Source: an uncultured Planctomycetales bacterium (GTDB lineage: Bacteria > Omnitrophota > Gorgyraeia > Gygaellales > Profunditerraquicolaceae). From it: a stretch of DNA of 60,229 nucleotides. The stretch lies in assembly GCA_964579435.1 (NCBI GenBank), contig CAZOGI010000009.1, positions 1-60,229 of the forward strand, written 5' to 3'. The notes below the pieces were generated by a model that was not told where the DNA came from, ran no database searches, and saw only the letters and a program-made list of their open reading frames with translations. Below are positions 8,951 to 18,019 of this stretch, in pieces. Position numbers and translations under genes: made by a program. The first letter of the stretch is position 1. Each line of letters begins with the position of its first letter.

Positions 8951-9700
8951 TTACATGCGGAAATTCTCCCCCAGGTACAGGGTGCGCGCCTGAGGGTTGT
9001 TGATCAATTCGCCTGCGGTCCCGGAGATAAGTATCCGTCCATCGGCGATGAGGTACGCACGGTCGGTGATCGAGAGGGTTTCCCGGACGTTGTGGTCGGT
9101 CAGGAGGATCCCCAACCCTTTCTCCTTGAGCTCCTTGATGATCTCCTGCGCCTCGCTCACCACGATCGGATCGATCCCCGAGAAAGGCTCATCCAGGAGA
9201 ATGAACGAAGGATTCGTCACCAGCGCCCGCGTGATCTCCAACCTCCGGCGCTCCCCTCCCGAGAGGGTATAAGCCCGGCTCTTGGCCAGATGGGCGATAT
9301 TGAGCTCCTCCAGCAGGCTGCTCAATCGCCGGCGGCGCTGGCTCTTGCTCAGAGGCAGCGTCTCCAGGATCGCCAGTATATTCTCTTCGACGGTCAGCTT
9401 GCGGAAGATCGACGGCTCCTGCGAAAGATAGCCGATGCCGAAGCGGCACCGCTCGTGGATCGGCAGGTTGGTGATATTTTCGTTGTCGAAGACGATCTCT
9501 CCCCGCTGCGGCGGGATGATGCCCACGACCATATAGAACGTCGTCGTCTTGCCGGCGCCGTTGGGCCCCAGGAGCCCGACGATCTCGCCGCGCTTCACCA
9601 AAAGGTTCACCCCTTTGACGACTTCGCGGCCGCCGTAGGATTTAGCCAGGTCTTTGGTTTCGAGTAAGTGCATAGTTTCTACGATAGCAAAGCGTGCCAC
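8951..9700 (-). CDS. lptB: LPS export ABC transporter ATP-binding protein
   Basis: Walker A 'GPNGAGKTT', signature 'LSGGERRR', Walker B 'ILLDEPF'. The longest ORF starts at GTG 9700. ATG at 9673 ('MHLLETKDL') fits LptB length better. Confidence 0.9.
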   Translation of the reverse strand: MARFAIVETMHLLETKDLAKSYGGREVVKGVNLLVKRGEIVGLLGPNGAGKTTTFYMVVGIIPPQRGEIVFDNENITNLPIHERCRFGIGYLSQEPSIFRKLTVEENILAILETLPLSKSQRRRRLSSLLEELNIAHLAKSRAYTLSGGERRRLEITRALVTNPSFILLDEPFSGIDPIVVSEAQEIIKELKEKGLGILLTDHNVRETLSITDRAYLIADGRILISGTAGELINNPQARTLYLGENFRM

Positions 9701-9784
9701 GTCACCAGAGACCGCTGCCCACTGGTCTTTAGTGTCTTGTTGTCCTTAGAATCTTGCCTTGCGATAAAACAGCAGGCGGGACTT

Positions 9785-10702
9785 TTACGGCCCGAACGCC
9801 TGTTTGAAATCTTCGGTCGAATAGATGACCAGCTTCGGCTTGCCGCGCAGGGAAATCTTCTGGTCGGCGGCATTGTACACCGCTTCCTCGCAGTAGGAGA
9901 CATTCTCCCCGCGCACGATCTTGACGTTGCCCAGGCAGACGATCTTATCGATCTTACTGTTGGAGAAAGAGCCGGAGGCCTCGGCTTTGGGCTTCGCATC
10001 CATATTCTTGCCGAAATACAGCTCCATCGCGTCGGCATAGATCGTCGAATCTTCTTTCTCCGCTTTCACGTTATTGTTGAACCGCGCCATATTCTTCTGA
10101 TAATCGATATCGAGAGGCCCGTCGCAGGTGATGACGATGCGGTCCTGACCTGTCCCCGCCGCGGGAGCAGCTTCCGGCGCTGCCCCGGTCAGCTCCGCGG
10201 GAGTCATGGTGACGGTCACGTTCTTCTCCAGGGTCATCGTGTTGAGGTTCGGATGCCCGGTCGCGCCGGTCGCCACCGTAACCATGTTCTCCTTCTGGAT
10301 ATTCACCTGATCCGGGGTACTGACAACCTGCTTCTGCCGGTCCCAATCGAGGGAATCGGTGGTCAGGCGCGCGCCTGAAGTCGTCGTGATGACGACGTTG
10401 TCTTCCAGGTGCACGGTGCCGCTGGAACGGTTGAAATCCCCCTTGTCCGCCACCAGCGTCACGTTCTCATCGGCGCCGTAGAGCTGCCCGGTCAGGTTCT
10501 TGAGCTTCACCGTCTGCTCCAGGATATCCGCCGATTCGCCTTTCAGGTCCCAGGTCTTTTTGCCTTTCTCCCCGTACCCGGCGATCGAGAAATCGCTGAT
10601 CTGCTGGTCCGCGGCCTGTTGCGGCGCCGGCTCCGGAGAAGCCCCGGCGCAGCCGAACCACACCGCAACCCCCAGCAGAAACGCCCCGCCTCTAGCGGTC
10701 AT
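9785..10702 (-). CDS. LptC-like + LptA-like (two OstA-type beta-jellyroll halves) fusion, signal/lipoprotein N-terminus
   Basis: 305 aa. N-terminal 'LLGVAVWFGCAG'. First half is LptC-like ('VTLVADKGDFNRSSGTVHLEDNVVITT'). A PEAAPAAG linker follows. Second half is LptA-like ('ITCDGPLDIDYQKNMARFNNNVKAEKEDSTIYADAMELYF...KIVCLGNVKIV'). Sits directly upstream of lptB. Confidence 0.65.
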   Translation of the reverse strand: MTARGGAFLLGVAVWFGCAGASPEPAPQQAADQQISDFSIAGYGEKGKKTWDLKGESADILEQTVKLKNLTGQLYGADENVTLVADKGDFNRSSGTVHLEDNVVITTTSGARLTTDSLDWDRQKQVVSTPDQVNIQKENMVTVATGATGHPNLNTMTLEKNVTVTMTPAELTGAAPEAAPAAGTGQDRIVITCDGPLDIDYQKNMARFNNNVKAEKEDSTIYADAMELYFGKNMDAKPKAEASGSFSNSKIDKIVCLGNVKIVRGENVSYCEEAVYNAADQKISLRGKPKLVIYSTEDFKQAFGP

Positions 10703-11219
10703 AGATCCTCATCATTTCTTCCCAGCGTCCCTGGGATTTCAGGATAAGCTCGGCCACTTCGCGCACCGCCCCCCTCCCGCCCAGCTTCAAAGTCACGTAC
10801 GAAGCCGCGCGCTTGATCTCCGGAGCGGCGTTGAAGACCGCCACCGCCAACCCCACCCGTTTCAGCAGCGCCAGATCGACCAGATCATCGGCGACAAAGC
10901 ACAACTCCTGCTCGCTCACCTTGAAGCGCTTCAGGATCTGCGGCAGGACCGCGGATTTCGGGAAGACGTTCTCGAAGACCGCGGCAACGCGCATGTCGCG
11001 CGCCCGCGGCTTTATCGCGCGGGACCCCTTGGCGGTGATCAGCACGGTCGGTATCCCGGCCTGACGCAACAGATACACTCCCAGGCCGTCGTGCACGTCA
11101 AAAAGCTTCATGTCCCTGCCACGGGAGTCGTAGATGATCCGGCCGTCGGTCAGCACCCCGTCGACGTCCAGGAGCAGCACCTTGACGCGCTTTGCCCGCT
11201 CGGCGATATGCTGGTCCAT
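10692..11219 (-). CDS. kdsC: 3-deoxy-D-manno-octulosonate 8-phosphate phosphatase
   Basis: 175 aa. HAD motif 'LLLDVDGVLTDG', 'DVHDGLG', 'DDLVDLALLKRVG'. Located in the kds operon. Confidence 0.85.
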   Translation of the reverse strand: MDQHIAERAKRVKVLLLDVDGVLTDGRIIYDSRGRDMKLFDVHDGLGVYLLRQAGIPTVLITAKGSRAIKPRARDMRVAAVFENVFPKSAVLPQILKRFKVSEQELCFVADDLVDLALLKRVGLAVAVFNAAPEIKRAASYVTLKLGGRGAVREVAELILKSQGRWEEMMRIYDR

Positions 11220-11232
11220 GTCGTCCTATTCC

Positions 11233-12231
11233 TTATACCACGCCTGCGCGCAGCAGGTCCTGCACGTCCAAAAGCCCGATCGGCACGTCGCGGTCGTCGA
11301 CCACCGGGACTTCGTCGATCTTCTTCTCTTTGAGGATCCGCAGCGCCTCCGCCGCCAGCATATGCGCGACAACGCGGACCGGCGACTTGGTCATCACGTC
11401 CCGGACCCGGCGCACCGCCAGGTTCGGATCCTCTTCCAAATGGCGCCGCAGGTCGCCGTCGGTAAAGATGCCGCTGAGGCGCCCCCGCGCGTCGACCACC
11501 GAAGCGCTCCCGGCGCGCGCCTCGGTCACCGCCATCAGCACCGCCGAGACAAGCGTATTCTCTTTGACCACGGCATGGGAGCTGCCGGTGCGCATGATAT
11601 CCTTAACCGTCAGCAGGAGCCGGCGCCCCAGCGCCCCGCCGGGATGATAGAAAGCGAAATCGTGCTCTTTGAACCCCCGCAGCTCCAGGAGGCAGACCGC
11701 CAGGGCATCGGCCATCGCCAGCGTCGCGGTCGTCGAAGCGGTCGGGGCCAAGCCCAGCGGGCAGGCCTCTTTTTCAACCGAGACATCCAGGACCACGTCG
11801 CTGTGCTCGGCGAGGACCGAGGTGCGGTTACCGGTGAGGGCGATGATCTTGGTCCCGATCTTTTTCAAAAGCGGCAGGAGCTGGCGGATCTCGACGCTGG
11901 TGCCGCTGTTGGAGAGGACCACCACCGTATCCGCCGCCGTCACCCTTCCCAGGTCCCCGTGTATCGCCTCCGCCAGATGCAAAAAAAGGCTCGGTGTTCC
12001 CGTCGAGGCTAGGGTCGCCGAAAGCTTCTGGCCGATGATGCCGGTCTTGCCCATGCCGGAAACGACCACCCTGCCCTTGGTCGCCAGCAACAGATAGAGC
12101 GCGTCGCGAAACGCCCCGCCGATGCGGCCGCGCAGGGCTTTGACCGCGCGGGCCTCGATATCGATCACCTGGCGCGCGCGCTGCAATACGTTGATTTTTT
12201 TCCGTTGGGTAGTCATCGCTTCAGCCCTCAC
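11233..12231 (-). CDS. kdsD: Arabinose-5-phosphate isomerase (SIS + tandem CBS)
   Basis: 332 aa. SIS motif 'VVVSGMGKTGIIGQK' and C-terminal CBS pair. Confidence 0.9.
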   Translation of the reverse strand: MRAEAMTTQRKKINVLQRARQVIDIEARAVKALRGRIGGAFRDALYLLLATKGRVVVSGMGKTGIIGQKLSATLASTGTPSLFLHLAEAIHGDLGRVTAADTVVVLSNSGTSVEIRQLLPLLKKIGTKIIALTGNRTSVLAEHSDVVLDVSVEKEACPLGLAPTASTTATLAMADALAVCLLELRGFKEHDFAFYHPGGALGRRLLLTVKDIMRTGSSHAVVKENTLVSAVLMAVTEARAGSASVVDARGRLSGIFTDGDLRRHLEEDPNLAVRRVRDVMTKSPVRVVAHMLAAEALRILKEKKIDEVPVVDDRDVPIGLLDVQDLLRAGVV

Positions 12232-13042
12232 CCCAGGTACCGATACGCCGCAGCTGCCGCAGCAGCCCCGGCAACGCCCGCTCGCCTATCATATTCGGCC
12301 CGTCACACGGCGCGGCATCCGGACGCGGATGCACCTCCATGAAAATGCCGTCGCAGCCGAAGGCAACCGCGGCGCGCGCCAGCGGCGCGACGAACTGGCG
12401 CTGTCCGCCGGAAGAACCGCCCTTGCCGCCGGGCAGCTGCACGCTGTGGGTGGCGTCGAAAATAACCGGATAGCCCAACGAACGCAGTATCTGCAGGCTG
12501 CGCAGGTCGGTCACCAGGTTATTGTACCCGAAACTGTACCCCCGCTCGGTGAGAATGATGCGCCGGTTGCCCGACGATTCCGCCTTGCGCACGATCGGCC
12601 CCATATCCCACGGGGCGAGGAACTGCCCCTTCTTGATATTAACCGGCAGGCCCGTCTCTGCCGCAGCCAACACCAGATCCGTTTGACGGCACAGAAGGGC
12701 GGGTATCTGTATCACATCCAGCACCGCTTTTGCCCGGGCCACCTCGCGCACGCAGTGCACGTCGCTTAAAACCGGCACCCCCACCCGGCTCTTGACCGCT
12801 GCCAGGATGTCCAGCCCCGCCAGCATCCCGGGGCCGCGGTATGACCCCAGAGAGAGGCGGTTCGCCTTATCGAAGCTGGCCTTGAAGATGAACGGGAACC
12901 CTGCGCGCCGCACGGTCTCTTTCAGGCGCCGCGCCGCCTCCAGGCACTGCCGCTGCGACTCGATAACGCAGGGCCCGGCAATGATCGTCAGACTCTTGCC
13001 TCCCACCGTCACTCCCGCGACCGGGACGCTGCGCACGCTCAT
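12221..13042 (-). CDS. kdsA: 2-dehydro-3-deoxyphosphooctonate aldolase (KDO8P synthase)
   Basis: 273 aa. 'IAGPCVIES', 'FKASFDKANR', 'DATHSVQLPGG'. ATGA overlap with kdsB. Confidence 0.9.
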   Translation of the reverse strand: MSVRSVPVAGVTVGGKSLTIIAGPCVIESQRQCLEAARRLKETVRRAGFPFIFKASFDKANRLSLGSYRGPGMLAGLDILAAVKSRVGVPVLSDVHCVREVARAKAVLDVIQIPALLCRQTDLVLAAAETGLPVNIKKGQFLAPWDMGPIVRKAESSGNRRIILTERGYSFGYNNLVTDLRSLQILRSLGYPVIFDATHSVQLPGGKGGSSGGQRQFVAPLARAAVAFGCDGIFMEVHPRPDAAPCDGPNMIGERALPGLLRQLRRIGTWGEG

Positions 13043-13791
13043 TCGCCGCTCTCCTTCTGCATCAGCCGCTCCAGGTGCTGCCGCGCCTTTTCCAGGTCCT
13101 GCGGCGTATCGACCCCCACGCTCTCAGAGGCGGTTTCGATCGTCTTGATGCGAAACCCCCCTTCCAGCACCCGCAGCTGCTCCAGCTTTTCCGTCGCCTC
13201 CAGGGCCGACGCGGGCAGGTTGCGGTAGGTAAAGAGGAAATCCTTCGTATACGCGTACATACCCATATGCTTGAAATAGACCGGCGAGGCCGAAGCGCCG
13301 TGCGCCAAGAACGGTATCGGGGCGCGCGAAAAATAGAGCGCGAACCCGTGGCGGTCGACGACCGCTTTGACAACGTTCGGGTCGGCGATCTCGCCCGGAT
13401 CCTCTATCTTCTTGATGACCGTGGCCATCGCCACGGAGGCATCATCCAAGAGGGCCTGCCCCAGCGCGTCGATCACCCGCGGCTGAACGAGCGGTTCGTC
13501 GCCCTGGATGTTGACGATAACCTCCACGTCCAGCGGCTGCACCACCTCGGCGATACGATCGCTGCCGGAGGCATGACCCCGCGCGGTCATCGCCACATGC
13601 GCCCCGAAAGAGCGGCACACCGAAAAGACCCGCTCATCGTCGCAGGCAATGATCAGGTCCTCCAGGAGGCGCGCCTGGCGGGCGCGCTCCCAGACATGCT
13701 GGATCATCGGCTTGCCGCAGAGCTCGGCAAGGATCTTGCCCTCGAAACGGGTCGAAGAATACCGCGCCGGAATGATACCGATGACCTTCAT
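13039..13791 (-). CDS. kdsB: 3-deoxy-manno-octulosonate cytidylyltransferase (CMP-Kdo synthetase)
   Basis: 'MKVIGIIPARYSSTRFEGK', 'NIQGDEP'. Start moved to the internal ATG at 13791, which forms an ATGA overlap with the upstream stop. The 21-codon extension to 13854 is Arg-rich and unsupported. Confidence 0.9.
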   Translation of the reverse strand: MKVIGIIPARYSSTRFEGKILAELCGKPMIQHVWERARQARLLEDLIIACDDERVFSVCRSFGAHVAMTARGHASGSDRIAEVVQPLDVEVIVNIQGDEPLVQPRVIDALGQALLDDASVAMATVIKKIEDPGEIADPNVVKAVVDRHGFALYFSRAPIPFLAHGASASPVYFKHMGMYAYTKDFLFTYRNLPASALEATEKLEQLRVLEGGFRIKTIETASESVGVDTPQDLEKARQHLERLMQKESGE

Positions 13792-14855
13792 GCGCGCCTG
13801 CCCCCTGCCGCAAAGACCGCGGGCACGGATTGAGCGTTGCGGATGCGCGCGCACAGCTCCTGCGGGGTCGTTACCGCGGTGCCGACCTTGCCGACGACGA
13901 TGCCGGCGGCGAAATTGGCGATATGGGCTGCCTGCAGCTTGCTTGCCTTGCAGGCCAGCGCCAGAGAGAACGTCGAGATCACCGTATCCCCGGCGCCGGA
14001 GACGTCAAAGACCTCCTGGGCAACGGTCGGGATGTGCGTGCGTTTCCCGGAACGCTCGAAAAGCCGCATCCCCGCCTCCCCGAGGGTGACCAGTATCGAA
14101 TCCAACCCCAGGTACTCCATCACCTGGACCGCGGCGCGGTCGATGTCCGCGTCGGTAAAGAGCCGGTCGGTGTCCAGGGAAAAACGCTGTGTCTTATCGC
14201 TCAACTTAAGGCTGCGCACCGCATTCTCCAGCTCTTTGCGGTTCGGGGTAATGCACGTCACCCCCCGGTAATACTGGAAATGCTCCAGCTTCGGGTCAAC
14301 CGTCAGCACCGTGCCGCGGGCCCGGGCCAAATCCCTGACCGCTTCCAGGAGCGCGCGGTTGATCACGCCTTTGCCGTAATCCTCGATGATCACCGCGTCG
14401 ACGCTGCGCATCTGCCGCTGGATGAACGCAAGGATCGAGCGGTTCGTCGCCGCTTTAAGCGGCTCGGTATGCTCCCAGTCGACGCGCACCACCTGCTGAT
14501 GTCCCGCGATGATGCGGGTTTTCAGCGTCGTATGGCGGGAGGCCTCGGCACGGATCCCGGCGATGGAGACCCCGCGCGCCTTGAGCGCGGCGCGCAAAAG
14601 ATGCGCGTGGGAGTCCGTCCCGGTCACCCCGACGAGCGAAACCGCAGCCCCGAGGGAACGGATGTTAAAGGCGACGTTTGCCGCCCCGCCGGGGACGAAA
14701 TTCCGGCGCTGGGCCCAGACAACCGGCACCGGCGCTTCGGGGGAGATGCGCTCGACACTGCCCCAGACATACTCATCCAGCATCACGTCCCCGATAACCA
14801 GGACCCGGGCTTTCGGGAAACGCCCGATCGTGCGCGTCAGTTCTCGTGCGTTCAT
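13788..14855 (-). CDS. hldA: D-glycero-beta-D-manno-heptose-7-phosphate kinase (RfaE domain I only, PfkB family)
   Basis: 355 aa. 'VLVIGDVMLDEYVWG', 'SPEAPVPV', 'GGAANVA', 'DVSGAGDTV'. No adenylyltransferase domain attached. Confidence 0.8.
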   Translation of the reverse strand: MNARELTRTIGRFPKARVLVIGDVMLDEYVWGSVERISPEAPVPVVWAQRRNFVPGGAANVAFNIRSLGAAVSLVGVTGTDSHAHLLRAALKARGVSIAGIRAEASRHTTLKTRIIAGHQQVVRVDWEHTEPLKAATNRSILAFIQRQMRSVDAVIIEDYGKGVINRALLEAVRDLARARGTVLTVDPKLEHFQYYRGVTCITPNRKELENAVRSLKLSDKTQRFSLDTDRLFTDADIDRAAVQVMEYLGLDSILVTLGEAGMRLFERSGKRTHIPTVAQEVFDVSGAGDTVISTFSLALACKASKLQAAHIANFAAGIVVGKVGTAVTTPQELCARIRNAQSVPAVFAAGGRRA

Positions 14856-15814
14856 CTGCGCAGCGCCCCCTCATCGATGAGTGCCTGGGCCAGCAGCGGC
14901 AGCATGATCTCGTGATGACCGGTAAAGGTGTACCCGTTGCCGCCGCCCTGGACCGGACGCGTCACCACGTTCTGGAACGGACGGTACTGCTGGATCATGT
15001 CGAAATTGGCCGTCGTAAAATGCGTCACCGGCCCGGCGACGTTACGGGTGATATTGAGGGCCTTGAGGAAAACCTCGGGCAGCACCACCGCCGAGCCGAA
15101 GTTGAGCGCCACCCCTCCCCGGTGCAGGAGCCGCACCTGCGCGGCGAACGACGAAAAGTCGCGGGCGCAGGCCGCGCCGACCGCGGCGCCGTCGAAAGAG
15201 GGATGCTGATGGATGATATCGGCCCCGATCGTCACAAAGACAAAAACCGGGATCGACAACTGCGCGGCCTGGCAGAGGAGGCTCGCCTGCCGGTGCGGCA
15301 GGTGCGCGCGCACCATTGCCGCGCAGACCGCCTGGCCGAATCCCTGTCCGCGCGCCGCCCCGTCGGAAACCGCCCGGTTCAGGAAATCGGCGGTCTCCCT
15401 GCCCATGCCGAAGCTGCCGTTGAGCAGGTTCTCGGCGACATCCTCGGAGGTCTGGGCCTGAAAGGCGATCTCAAAATCATGGATGACCCCGGCGCCGTTG
15501 AGGCAGACGCAGGAAATAAACCCCTGGCGCATCAACTCGATCACCACCGGGTTGAGCCCGCACTTGATGACGTGCGCCCCGGCCATAAAGATGCGCGCCT
15601 TGCCCCTGCGGCGCGCCTCGAGCAGCGCCCCGACCACCGCGCGCAGATCGGCGGCCTTCAGGATATCCGGCAGCCCTTTCAGGAATGCGCCGCAACTCTT
15701 TCCCCGCCGGGGTGGCTGGGCAAAATCCTGCGCCCGCACCTTGCTGCGGCGCTTACGCACGGAATAGGTCTTCACGTTCTGGGCGGTAATCATGGAAGTC
15801 TTGAATTTTAACAC
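14852..15814 (-). CDS. Deoxyhypusine-synthase-like (DS-fold) protein, function unknown
   Basis: 320 aa. 'IFMAGAHVIKCGLNPVVIELMRQGFISCVCLNGAGVIHDFEIA' and 'IPVFVFVTIGADIIH' line up with the DHS segments 'IFLGYTSNLISSG...TTAGGVEEDLIK' and 'IPVFSPALTDGSLGD'. No 'WGK' catalytic-lysine motif seen. GTG start at 15814 (ATG alternative at 15793). ATGA overlap with hldA. Confidence 0.5.
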   Translation of the reverse strand: MLKFKTSMITAQNVKTYSVRKRRSKVRAQDFAQPPRRGKSCGAFLKGLPDILKAADLRAVVGALLEARRRGKARIFMAGAHVIKCGLNPVVIELMRQGFISCVCLNGAGVIHDFEIAFQAQTSEDVAENLLNGSFGMGRETADFLNRAVSDGAARGQGFGQAVCAAMVRAHLPHRQASLLCQAAQLSIPVFVFVTIGADIIHQHPSFDGAAVGAACARDFSSFAAQVRLLHRGGVALNFGSAVVLPEVFLKALNITRNVAGPVTHFTTANFDMIQQYRPFQNVVTRPVQGGGNGYTFTGHHEIMLPLLAQALIDEGALRR

Positions 15815-15840
15815 GCTTTTATCCCGATTGCAACCGTATT

Positions 15841-17988
15841 TTATGCGGTTTCCGGGCGGAAAACGGGGAGCGTAAAAAGGAACCTGGTGCCTTTGCCGAC
15901 TTCACTCTCTACCCAGATCTTGCCTCCGTGCAATTCCACGATCTCCTTGGAAACGGTCAGCCCGATGCCGGTCCCGTGCACCTCGGTCTGCACCGCACCT
16001 TTGACCTGGAAAAATTTCTCAAAAAGCCGTGGCAGGTCCTCCGGCGGGATCCCGGGACCGGTATCCGAGACCGTCACCTCGATCATTCCTTCCCCTGTCC
16101 GGCGAGCACCGACGGTTATCGTGCCTCCCTCGGGAGTGAACTTCAGGGCATTGCTGATCAGATTGTTGAAGACCTGGATAAGACGGTTCTGATCGCCAAA
16201 GACCTGCGGCAACCCCTCTTCCAGCACAGAAGAGAGCGTAATCGCTTTCGATCCTGCCCAACTCTGGAAAACCTTGATCGGCTCGCTCACCACCGAAACC
16301 ACCTCCAGCGGCTGCGACACGATCTGCATCTTGCCCGCCTCTAATTTCGCCATGTCCAAAAGATCGTTGATCAGCGCATACAGCCGCTTGGTGTTGCGCT
16401 CGACGATGGTCAGGAACTGCTCCTGATCGGGGGAGAGCGGGCCGGTCGCCTTGCTCAGGATCAGGGTAACCGCCTTGTCGGCGGCAACCAGGGGGCTGCG
16501 CAACTCATGGGTCACTTTCGCGAAAAAGTCCATCCGCTCCTGGTTGATCTGGTGTATCCGGGCGATATCCGGCAGCGCGGTGAGCATGCCGACGGTGCGG
16601 CCGTTGGCATCCTCGATGACCACGGCATTGGAGGTGAGGGTGCGCATGGTCTCCTGGCTCTTGCTGAAAAATTCGACCTGCTTTTTCGAGCCCTTCTCGC
16701 CCTCCGCGGAGAGCGCGCGCAGCATGGTGAGCATATGCTCGTTCTGCACGATATCCTTGATGTTTTTGCCGACGGCTCCCGTATCGATTCCCAGAAGCGT
16801 CTGGGCCGCGGGGTTGGCCATCAAAAGCACGCCGGCGCGGTCCACGACCAGAACCCCGTCGGTCAGGTGATGGACAATGCGTTCGATCTCCTCGCGCTCC
16901 CGCTCTACCGTCTCCAGTTTCTGCTTGAAAGACGCGACGTTCTCCTGCGCGCCGCCGGAGCCTTCGGACCGCGCCGAGAGCTGCGCGCGCAACTGCCGGT
17001 TCTCCTCCTGCAGCTTCTGCACGAGCGCGGCATCCGCCGCGGCTGCCTCCCCGCCGGCTGGCTCCTGCGGCGGCGAAACGGCACCCGCATCCGCCGCAAT
17101 CCCGGCGCCGGCGAGCGCGCGATCCAGCTCCCCAACCCGGCGGCGCAATTCTTCGTTCTCCTTAAGCAGCGCCTCCTGGCCGACGGATGAAACGCGCTTC
17201 TTGTGCGGCTTCGGCGGCTCACTCAGCTCTTTGCGGATCTTCTCGACGAAAGAAGAAACATCCTCGGCGGCCACACCGGCGCGCTGGATCTCTTCGTGCA
17301 ATGCCGCCAGCGCCGCTTCGCGGTCAGGCTGGGAGATGAGCACTTTTTTGAGGAAATTGCGCGTGGCGATCGCCGGATACTTCTTCTCCTTGATATCCTT
17401 GCCGACATGACCGAAGAGCTGACGCTGCAGATCCGTTACCTCCGCGGCGCTCACCACCGCTCCCTCCGCGGCGCTCTTGAGTTTCTCCTTGATCGTCTCC
17501 AGGTCGGCCAGGCTCACCTTCTCGACAAGCATCTCCTCGTCTTTCTTGATCTTGACGTAGGAGAACTGGTTGATCCCGATATGCGCGATCGAGCGCTCGG
17601 CGAGGATGTTCTTGAGCTCCCCCATAGCCTTGAGCTTGGCCGGATCCATGAGCAGCAGCTGCAGGAAACTCTCCAGCTCTGCCTCCGCAAGGCCGGCGCT
17701 GAAAGAGATACTGTCCATCTGGGTTTTCTTCAGGAAGGGGACATTCTCCTTGATCACCGCGCTCTTCTCATCCACCGCTTCGCCGTCGACGAGGATATGC
17801 TCATCCGGGGTGATGTCGATCGTCACCGAATCCTTCTGTTTCAGGATCTGATCGAGCACCCCGAAGACCTCCTTGATCGCACCGATAACCGTCGGGTGCT
17901 TCGCCGGATAGAACGAGGCGCGGCGCAGGGTCGTGACGAAAAGGAGCACCAGCTTCGTGAAAAGGGGTTTGAGCGATTGCGTTTCCAT
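15841..17988 (-). CDS. Soluble sensor histidine kinase (helical N-domain, coiled coil, PAS-like, HisKA, HATPase_c)
   Basis: 715 aa. H-box 'THELRSPL', N-box '[10 protein letters not shown]', G1 'DTGPGI', G2 'GTGIGL'. No hydrophobic TM segment. No response regulator adjacent. Confidence 0.85.
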   Translation of the reverse strand: METQSLKPLFTKLVLLFVTTLRRASFYPAKHPTVIGAIKEVFGVLDQILKQKDSVTIDITPDEHILVDGEAVDEKSAVIKENVPFLKKTQMDSISFSAGLAEAELESFLQLLLMDPAKLKAMGELKNILAERSIAHIGINQFSYVKIKKDEEMLVEKVSLADLETIKEKLKSAAEGAVVSAAEVTDLQRQLFGHVGKDIKEKKYPAIATRNFLKKVLISQPDREAALAALHEEIQRAGVAAEDVSSFVEKIRKELSEPPKPHKKRVSSVGQEALLKENEELRRRVGELDRALAGAGIAADAGAVSPPQEPAGGEAAAADAALVQKLQEENRQLRAQLSARSEGSGGAQENVASFKQKLETVEREREEIERIVHHLTDGVLVVDRAGVLLMANPAAQTLLGIDTGAVGKNIKDIVQNEHMLTMLRALSAEGEKGSKKQVEFFSKSQETMRTLTSNAVVIEDANGRTVGMLTALPDIARIHQINQERMDFFAKVTHELRSPLVAADKAVTLILSKATGPLSPDQEQFLTIVERNTKRLYALINDLLDMAKLEAGKMQIVSQPLEVVSVVSEPIKVFQSWAGSKAITLSSVLEEGLPQVFGDQNRLIQVFNNLISNALKFTPEGGTITVGARRTGEGMIEVTVSDTGPGIPPEDLPRLFEKFFQVKGAVQTEVHGTGIGLTVSKEIVELHGGKIWVESEVGKGTRFLFTLPVFRPETA

Positions 17989-18019
17989 CGGATCCCTCGG
18001 CGATTATGCGCCGCTGCGG

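Noticed and set aside
13792-13854. N-terminal extensions of the longest-ORF calls: kdsB to 13854, GspG-like to 19657, GT4 to 24741, trpB2 to 31664.
   Set aside because: The internal ATGs give family-typical N-termini. They also form ATGA overlaps with the upstream stop, or for trpB2 sit 6 nt after a perfect -10 box. The extensions are Arg/Gly-rich with no homology signal.
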